Part shown: positions 7,651 through 14,283 of the stretch, piece by piece
How positions within the stretch are numbered: position 1 is the first letter of the stretch
Layout of the letters: each line of letters begins with the position of its first letter
NCBI GenBank assembly: GCA_039588275.1
Contig: JBDHAC010000075.1
Span: forward strand, 1 to 16,232
DNA length: 16,232 nucleotides
Source: Gemmatimonadota bacterium
GTDB taxonomy: Bacteria; Gemmatimonadota; Gemmatimonadetes; Palauibacterales; Palauibacteraceae
Reading direction: 5' to 3'
Notes under the pieces: model-generated
Told to the model about the DNA's origin: nothing
Seen by the model: only the letters and a program-made list of their open reading frames with translations
The model's database searches: none
Made by a program: the position numbers and the translations under genes

Positions 7651-9114
7651 ATGTCACGCGCCTCGAGCGTGAGGAGCAGGTGGCCGCTCGCGCTGGCCCT
7701 GCTTCCCTTCCTCCTCCTGATCGCGCGGGAGTGGACGTCGCAGCCCGATATTCAGAACGGGGACTTTGCCCAATACCTGATGCACGCCGAGGCGCTCGCT
7801 GACGGCCGACCCTATCTGGACACCGGCTACATCTTTAGCCAGCGTGACCGGCACTTCGGTCCTCGCGCGTATCCGCCCGGGCTCCCGCTCGTGCTGGCGG
7901 CGGTGGGACTCGCGACCGGCGGGTCCATGCTCGCGGCCAAAGGGCTCATGGTGTTCCTGTCGGTCGGCTGCTTGCTGGTGGTGGGCGCGTACTTCTGGCG
8001 GCACGCGACCCCTTCGTTGGCGATCGGAACGACCGTGCTCGTGGGCTTGTCGCCCGATTTCGTCGGCTTCTCCATATCACCCCTCTCGGATGTGCCGTTC
8101 GTGGGCCTGGTCTGGCTGACGATTCTGCTCGCAGATCGAACCACATCCTGGAGCTGGGCGCGCGTCATCGGTGTGACCGGGGCAGCGGGCGCCGCCATTC
8201 TGTTCCGTCCCCACGGCCTCGTTCTCATCCCGGCGCTGCTCGCATGGGGCGTGCTCAACGGGCGCCGGCTGGGGTGGCGACCCCTGATCCCGGGACTCGC
8301 GCTGAGCTTCACCGCGCTCGTAGGTCGACTTCTCGTCCCCGACACCGCGATGCGTACGTGGCCGCCCCTCCGCTGGCTCGTCGGCGAGCTGTTGAGCCCG
8401 AGCCCACGCTACCACCTCGCCGTCTTCGAGAACCACCTGTACCCGTTGCCCGGTAATTTGCCGAACGACGCCTACCACGTCCTCAGCGGGGCGCTCATGC
8501 TGGTCGGCCTGATCGCCTTCGCCCGGGTCGACCCGCGTCGCTTATGGGTGGTGTTCGCGGTGATCTTCGCCCTCGCGCTGGCATCGTTGCGAGCCGCCGA
8601 AATCCGCTATGCGTGGCCGCTATATCCGCTGTTCACCTTCGGATTGTTGAACGGCGTGCGGGTTCTCGTGGGACAGGTCGCCCGGGTGCGACCCGAGCGT
8701 GTCGCGCTGGGGGTCGCGTCGATCCTCGCGCTCGTGGCCGTCGGCAAGGCGCTCGCGACTGCGCCGAAATCACAGAGACTCGACGACCCTCGCCTGATTG
8801 AGCTGTTCGAGCACCTACAGGTACAGGCCGAAGTGTCTCCCGTCCGTGTGGCCTTCATCCGTCCTCGGGTCCTCGCCTGGAAGACGGGGATACCGGCCAT
8901 GCCGCTCTCCATCGTGCGGGACCCGCAGGAGCACTTAGCCGACTGGTGCGAGCAGGGGATCACGCACGTGGTCCTTGGGGACATGGGCCTGGGCCCCAAC
9001 CGTGCCCAACGTACCCAAGAGGCGATCGAGTCGTACACGGGTTACTTCGCCCTCGGCTATCGCAACGCCGAATTCGAGGTCTACCGGGTACTGCCGGAGG
9101 CGTGTTCCGGTTGA
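7651..9114 (+). CDS. GT-C fold integral membrane glycosyltransferase (ArnT/PMT_2-like)
   Basis: N-terminal TM, GDFAQY...A.ALADGRPY, YPPGLP, LSDVPF, ILFRPHG, RYAWPLYP, roughly 10 or more TMs and a soluble C-terminal domain. Start taken at ATG 7651, after the deacetylase stop. Confidence 0.78.
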   Translation: MSRASSVRSRWPLALALLPFLLLIAREWTSQPDIQNGDFAQYLMHAEALADGRPYLDTGYIFSQRDRHFGPRAYPPGLPLVLAAVGLATGGSMLAAKGLMVFLSVGCLLVVGAYFWRHATPSLAIGTTVLVGLSPDFVGFSISPLSDVPFVGLVWLTILLADRTTSWSWARVIGVTGAAGAAILFRPHGLVLIPALLAWGVLNGRRLGWRPLIPGLALSFTALVGRLLVPDTAMRTWPPLRWLVGELLSPSPRYHLAVFENHLYPLPGNLPNDAYHVLSGALMLVGLIAFARVDPRRLWVVFAVIFALALASLRAAEIRYAWPLYPLFTFGLLNGVRVLVGQVARVRPERVALGVASILALVAVGKALATAPKSQRLDDPRLIELFEHLQVQAEVSPVRVAFIRPRVLAWKTGIPAMPLSIVRDPQEHLADWCEQGITHVVLGDMGLGPNRAQRTQEAIESYTGYFALGYRNAEFEVYRVLPEACSG

Positions 9115-11141
9115 GTGGATGGCGAGGCGCCGGACCACGTCGAGACAGCCCGGCCTGAGCCGCACGAGAGACAGAACACCGCCGTCACGCCATCCTCTGC
9201 CACGAATTCCGGACTCCGTGTCGCCGTCAGCGAATCGAGCCACTCCCGCTGTCGCGCCGAGAGATACCATTGGGTTAGCGGCTGGGTCTCACCCGACGTG
9301 ATCAACCACACGCGGCCCGGGGCCACTCGAATGAGCGAGTCGATCACGGCGGGGTCGGGTAACGGTCGGCTGCCCACGTAGATGTCCCGGTAGACGCCGT
9401 CTTCGGCGCGCGTCAGGAACTGCCTCATGTCGCCGAAGCGTCTGTACCAATAATGAACCTCCCCGGCATACCAGGACTGGACCGAGGGATCTTCAGCGAT
9501 GACGATATCGTTTGCGGCGCGTCGCTCCCGCACGTAGGTCCCCGCGCCCCGATGGTCCGGCCGGAAGGGGAACATGTGAACCAGCGGGTTTACGGTCTCT
9601 CCATGCCGAAGCTGCAGAACCTTGATCGATTGCGGCACGCCGTGCCCTGTCAATCCGCCGGACAGCACGAGCGCGAGCACGGCGAGCCGCACCATACCGG
9701 ACCATGCCGCACCGCCCGGCCGGAACCGTCGGGCCAGCCAACGGCCGGCGTCCGCGAGACCCGTCGCGACGGTCAGGAGCATGAATGGATACAGGGGAAG
9801 GAGGTAGCGCGTCGCTTCTCCGCGTCCGGCGAACCCGAACGCCCCCACCAACGCCACGGCGGTCAGCAGGCACGCGACGGCGCCTCGGCGCCCGATCTCG
9901 GTCGGCGTCCACACGTACCGGACACCCACGCACAGAAAGATCAGCATGACCCCGGGGAACTGCTGGAAGAGGCGGTACGCGTGCGGGTAAGGGTATGAAA
10001 TGCTTGAGGTTACGGCACCCCACAGCCCCTCTCGAACTCCCCACACCAGGCACCATGCCACGATCGGGAGTACGAGCACAGCCACCGGGGCTCGGATGTG
10101 GCGCCAGACGGCGGGCAACCCTTTCCCGTGCGATACGAGCAACAGTCCGAGCGCGAGTCCGGTCCCGTACACTTGCCCAAAGGCTGCCGCTATCCCTGCG
10201 CCAACGCCGAGGACATAGAGTCCGGCCATCTGGATGGTCGTCCAGGGGCCGCCTGCCCGCCCGTCGGACATCGCCCGCCGAAGCCGGGCCACCAGCCACA
10301 AGCCGACGCCCGCACCCGCGAGCGCCGCCAGCAATGCGAGCGCTCCGGTCAGGGAGGCGTGGTTCACTGTATTCAGACTCGCCCCGACAATCGGCTCGGC
10401 GATGGGCGGGGAGTCCACCGATTGATACGGTGCCAGAGTCCACAGCCGGCTGAGGGCGAACCCACCACCCAGGGCGACGGCCGACACGCTGAAGAGCGCG
10501 ATAGGGGTCACCTGCACCGCTCCCGGGAATGCGAGCCACACGAGGGGGAGCACTCCGCCGAGCACGCCGAGCAGATGGAAGTTCACGCCGCCGGCGTACG
10601 CGAGCGCGGCACCAACGAGCGGACGAGCTCGCCCGGTCCGCGTCCAGCTCCAGAATCCCCAGGCGGAGAGGACGATACACAGGACCAATCCCGAGTACAT
10701 CCTCGCCTGTCGGGAAAAGACGAGGTGCCACTCAGAGAGCGCGAGCAGAAGCGCCGCCAGGAACGCGGCTGGGGTGCCGATCACGCTTCGCCCGAACAGA
10801 AACAGGGCCAGCACGGTCAGGCTCCCGAGGATCGCCGCGGGCAAGCGGTACGGACCCTCGCCTTCGGCTCCGAGAAGGGCTGCCGAGCCCGCTGCGAGCC
10901 AGGTGTACGGAAGGGCGCGTCGGTACTCGAGACCGGACGGCAGCACCGACTGGCCATCCTCGAACAGCGCGCGCGCGGCCATCGCCGTTAGATCCTCGTC
11001 GGCATAGAATCCGAGGCTGCCGAGGTCGATGATGCGCGGGGCCACGGCCATGACGGCAAGGAGGAGCAGGCCCCCGAGCGCGGCGCGGTTCCACGGACTG
11101 CGGGCCCTCGCCTCCAAGCCTCGTCTCGCCGATTCCGTCAC
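9081..11141 (-). CDS. Glycosyltransferase family 39-like (ArnT/PMT_2, GT-C fold) membrane protein
   Basis: R..DLG...FYADE (acidic DE motif after TM1), RLPAAILG, FSRQARMY, FHLLG, RYLLPLYPF, and a C-terminal soluble domain (PDHRGAG.YV...DIVIAEDP). GTG 11141 is preceded by a GAGGAGG Shine-Dalgarno. 34-bp convergent overlap with the previous gene. Confidence 0.85.
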   Translation of the reverse strand: MTESARRGLEARARSPWNRAALGGLLLLAVMAVAPRIIDLGSLGFYADEDLTAMAARALFEDGQSVLPSGLEYRRALPYTWLAAGSAALLGAEGEGPYRLPAAILGSLTVLALFLFGRSVIGTPAAFLAALLLALSEWHLVFSRQARMYSGLVLCIVLSAWGFWSWTRTGRARPLVGAALAYAGGVNFHLLGVLGGVLPLVWLAFPGAVQVTPIALFSVSAVALGGGFALSRLWTLAPYQSVDSPPIAEPIVGASLNTVNHASLTGALALLAALAGAGVGLWLVARLRRAMSDGRAGGPWTTIQMAGLYVLGVGAGIAAAFGQVYGTGLALGLLLVSHGKGLPAVWRHIRAPVAVLVLPIVAWCLVWGVREGLWGAVTSSISYPYPHAYRLFQQFPGVMLIFLCVGVRYVWTPTEIGRRGAVACLLTAVALVGAFGFAGRGEATRYLLPLYPFMLLTVATGLADAGRWLARRFRPGGAAWSGMVRLAVLALVLSGGLTGHGVPQSIKVLQLRHGETVNPLVHMFPFRPDHRGAGTYVRERRAANDIVIAEDPSVQSWYAGEVHYWYRRFGDMRQFLTRAEDGVYRDIYVGSRPLPDPAVIDSLIRVAPGRVWLITSGETQPLTQWYLSARQREWLDSLTATRSPEFVAEDGVTAVFCLSCGSGRAVSTWSGASPSTQPEHASGSTR

Positions 11142-11430
11142 GGTGCTGGATTCCTCCTCGCCCGTAGATCCGTGCTCAGGAGCGTGGCGACTGCGACGTG
11201 CCCTCCACGCACCCAACCTGCGCACCCCAGGGGAGCATCTTACTCCGCCGGCGTTCCGCAGCAAGCGGGCCACCCGGCATGCTCTCCGATCCACAGTGCC
11301 GCGCGGCGGGTAGCGCAGAGTATGGGAGGCACTTGTCGCGCTGGCGCAACAGTCACCCGGCGGGGGACAGCGCCGTGTCGTGGACGGCCCATCAAAAGCG
11401 GTCTATCTTCGCGCCCGGGCGTCCGTTCGG

Positions 11431-11446
11431 CGGCACAGCCGTTGCT
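11431..11446 (+). promoter_or_regulatory. Putative sigma54 (-24/-12) promoter for the femAB-like / aminotransferase operon
   Basis: CGGCACAGCCGTTGCT has GG-N10-GC spacing and TTGCT; 13 of 15 positions are identical to the motif at 4706. Confidence 0.68.
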
Positions 11447-11573
11447 CGGTCAAGGACGGTGGCCGGGGGTCCAAATGTGGCTTCGAACGAACCCCGTGGC
11501 GCCGAGAGCTCCTTCAATGGCCTGGAGCTTCTCTCCAATGGCTATCGCGAGGCGTGCGCAATGAAGGCATTCT

Positions 11574-12665
11574 ATGCAGAGGCCGGACGGCGGGTCGCGC
11601 CGGGCACGATGTCCCGGCGCGAGCTCGCGCGGCAGGGCTGAGCGACGCGTGGAGATTCGACCGGCTGCAGATGACGGCGAAGCGTGGGATCGCTTCGTCC
11701 GGGCCAGCCGGGGCTGGACACACTGCCACCTGTACGGCTGGCGCTCAGTCATCGAATCCACCTTCGGCCACGAGTGCTCCTACCTCACCGCCGTCCACGA
11801 TGGTGCCCTTGCGGGTGTCCTCCCGCTGGTCCGCGTCAGGAGCTCCCTATTCGGCCACTACCTCGTCTCGATGCCCTTTCTCAACTACGGTGGTCCGCTC
11901 GGGGAAGACACGGCGAGCGCCGCGCTGGTGGATGCCGCGATCGCCCTGGCGGACGAATCGGGCGCCGAGCTTCTCGAGCTGAGAAGCCGGCATGAGCTGC
12001 CGGTCTCCGTTCCCGTGTCGCACAGGAAGATCGCCGTCGTACGGGAGCTTCCTTCGGAATCCGATGAGCTGTGGCACGACCTGAGGGCGAAAGTCCGAAG
12101 CCAGATCCGGCGCCCCAAGAAGGAGGGCGTCGAAGTACGCTTCGGCGCTGATCAGATCGGGCCCTTCTTTCGAGTCTTCAGTCATCACATGCGAGATCTG
12201 GGGACCCCTGCGCTGCCGGAGTCCTTCTTCACACGGATCGGGGCGACCTTCAGCGATTCCGTCTGGTACGGGTGCGCCTATCTGGGAGAACAGCCGATCG
12301 CGGCCGGGTGCGCCTTCCGTTGGGACGGCGAGCTCGAGATGACGTGGGCGTCGGCGCTGCGCGAGCACAACCGAATCGCGCCCAACATGCTTCTCTACTG
12401 GGCGTTCATGGAGCGCGCGATCGAGACCGGGTTGCGATCCTTCAACTTCGGGCGCTGCACGCCGGGCGGCGGGACGCACCGCTTCAAGTCGCAGTGGGGC
12501 GGCGGCGATGAGACCCTGTGGTGGTACGACCACGCGGCCGGCGGGCGGACGGCGACCCCCTCGGCGGGCAAATCGGCGTACGGCTGGGGCCAACGGCTGT
12601 GGCGTCTCCTGCCGCTGCCGATCGCGCGACGGCTCGGTCCGAGGATCGTGAAGTACATCCCGTGA
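11574..12665 (+). CDS. FemAB-related (GNAT-fold, tRNA-dependent aminoacyl transferase-like) protein, PEP-CTERM/XrtA system-associated
   Basis: WDRFV, H..GWRSVIE..FGH, LVSMPFLNYGG, LELRS, KVRSQIRR, MRDLGTP, APNMLLYW, FNFGR and GTHRFK.QWG. Start uncertain (ATG 11574 or GTG 11649). Confidence 0.9.
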   Translation: MQRPDGGSRRARCPGASSRGRAERRVEIRPAADDGEAWDRFVRASRGWTHCHLYGWRSVIESTFGHECSYLTAVHDGALAGVLPLVRVRSSLFGHYLVSMPFLNYGGPLGEDTASAALVDAAIALADESGAELLELRSRHELPVSVPVSHRKIAVVRELPSESDELWHDLRAKVRSQIRRPKKEGVEVRFGADQIGPFFRVFSHHMRDLGTPALPESFFTRIGATFSDSVWYGCAYLGEQPIAAGCAFRWDGELEMTWASALREHNRIAPNMLLYWAFMERAIETGLRSFNFGRCTPGGGTHRFKSQWGGGDETLWWYDHAAGGRTATPSAGKSAYGWGQRLWRLLPLPIARRLGPRIVKYIP

Positions 12666-12681
12666 TCGAGCGCTACTGAGC

Positions 12682-13850
12682 GTGCGATTCCCTCCGTACC
12701 ATTGCCCACCCGGCTACGCCCCCCTGTCGCTTGGCTCGCTGGCGGCGGGGCTGGTCACGCTAGCCGGGGACGGGGGATCCGCTCGGCGGCGGGTGGAGCT
12801 CGAGCTGGCCCGCCTCTACTCACCCGACGCGATCCTGCTCGTGGACAGCGGAACGAACGCGCTCGCGCTGGCCTTCCTGGCGACCCGGCCAGCCTATCCG
12901 GGACCGGTAGCGGTCCCCGCCTTCTGTTGCTTCGACATCATCACCGCTGCCGTCGGGGCGGAGGAATCGCTTCTCTTCTACGATGTCGAGCCCGCTACTC
13001 TTCAACCCGATACGCAAAGCCTCGAGCGTGCGCTTCGTTCCGGTGCACGCCGGGTCCTGATCACGCACCTGTACGGACACCCGGTCGATCCGCGAGCACT
13101 CGAACCGCTTCTCGAGGAGCACGATTGCCTGCTGATCGAGGACGCGGCGCAGGGGTTTGGTGCGACCGTGGCCGATCGTCCGGCCGGGGCGCTCGGTTCG
13201 CTGGCGGTGCTGAGCTTCAACCGTGGAAAAGGCGTGACGGGTGGGGCGGGTGGTGCCCTCCTGGGCTCGCGTCCGTCGCCGAGCGTCTCGCGGGTTACGC
13301 GCGGGGGGGGCGGGCCCTGGCTACCGGGGCGTCGAGCTGGGCACTGGCCCGCCCGGGCATGTACGGGCTCCCACGGCGCGTACCGGCATTGCACCTGGGC
13401 GAGACGTTGTACCACGAACCCACCCGGCCCTCCGGACTCTCCGGAGCGGCGGCGGGGATTCTGTCGCGCAGCTTTACGCTCGCCCTCGCGGCGGTAGAAA
13501 CGCGGCGGGAAACGGCCGGGCGGTTGGCAAACGTGCTATCGGCCAGGGACGACATCCAGGTCTTGAGACCGGTCAAAGGCTGCCGCTCGAGCTATCTCCG
13601 ATTGCCCGCGTTGCTGAATGACGAGACTGCCCGTGCCGCGCTCGAAGACGGCGCCAGGGTCGGGATCGCGCCCGGCTACCCGCGCACCCTCCCCGATCTG
13701 GTCCAGGCCCGCCCGCTCGCTTTGAACGAAACCGACGGCTTCCCCGGTGCAACCGAGTTGGTTGGACGCTTGTTCACGTTCGCGACCCACACGCGGGTGG
13801 GCCGACGGGGGATTCGTCTCGTCGAAGGTTGGGTACAGGGAGCGTGGTGA
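12682..13850 (+). pseudogene. DegT/DnrJ/EryC1/StrS family PLP-dependent aminotransferase, split by a single frameshift near 13260-13310 (pseudogene, phase-variable allele, or assembly error)
   Basis: The frame from 12682 gives SGTNAL, VPAFCC, YDV, THLYG.P, IEDAAQGFG and SFNRGKGVTGGAGG. The C-terminal half (LHLGETLY, RRETA..L, YLRLP, GYP..LPDL, FPGA..L..RLFTFATH) lies in the other frame and ends at TGA 13850. G8 run at 13303-13310. Confidence 0.82.
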
Positions 13851-14064
13851 TCTGCACGGTGGGTCGGGCAGAACACAAGATCGGGGTGCGGCTCGCACCG
13901 GAGTTCAGTGACTCTGCAAGCTGTTTCGAAGTCTCTCTCGTGTGGGGCGCGCATCCCTCTAATTGGCTCACACTCAAGGGGATACGAATGGTGACCCCAG
14001 GCACGGTTCGTGGGGCCGACGCCCCGGCCGCGTGCCGTGGCTGGGGCGGTGGGAAGGGCCGGCG

Positions 14065-14080
14065 TGGCCAGGAACTTGTA
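14065..14080 (+). promoter_or_regulatory. Possible variant sigma54 promoter upstream of the riboswitch
   Basis: TGGCCAGGAACTTGTA has the correct GG...TTG spacing but GT instead of GC at -12. The predicted start near 14091 lies about 25 nt upstream of the aptamer. Confidence 0.35.
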
Positions 14081-14116
14081 CAGAATGCGAGGCACAGAAT
14101 CTCGCTGAGCGTCAAC

Positions 14117-14212
14117 GTACTGTCTCAGGGCAAACCCGCGCGAAAGCCGGGGACGCAAAGGCACGAGGCTAAAGCGCGGCGGTTCGCGCCATGCTCGTCG
14201 GCCTGCCAGTAC
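14117..14212 (+). ncRNA. Cyclic di-GMP-I (GEMM) riboswitch aptamer
   Basis: P1 GTACTG(14117)/CAGTAC(14207). AGGGCAAACCCG-CGC-GAAA-GC-CGGGGACGC-AAAGGC matches the GEMM P2 with its GNRA tetraloop. P3 GGC-ACGAG..CTAA..GCGCG/CGCGC..ATG-CTCGT..GCC contains the CUAA/AUG tetraloop receptor, followed by TGCC. Confidence 0.92.
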
Positions 14213-14283
14213 ACGAGGGTTGCCCGTGCTCCCTCACCACGGTGCGTTGACACACCGCACCGCTGGATGATGGGAGAGAGAGG

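Noticed and set aside
9081..9114. 34-bp convergent overlap of the two GT-C genes as an antisense regulatory device
   Set aside because: Short tail-to-tail overlaps are common in GC-rich genomes; no further evidence.
13885..13899. GGTGCG-GCT-CGCACC hairpin after the aminotransferase as an intrinsic terminator
   Set aside because: Only 6 bp with no U-tract; expected by chance at this GC content.
14090..14106. AGGCACAGAATCTCGCT as a sigma54 site
   Set aside because: GG-to-GC spacing is 11 rather than the required 10.
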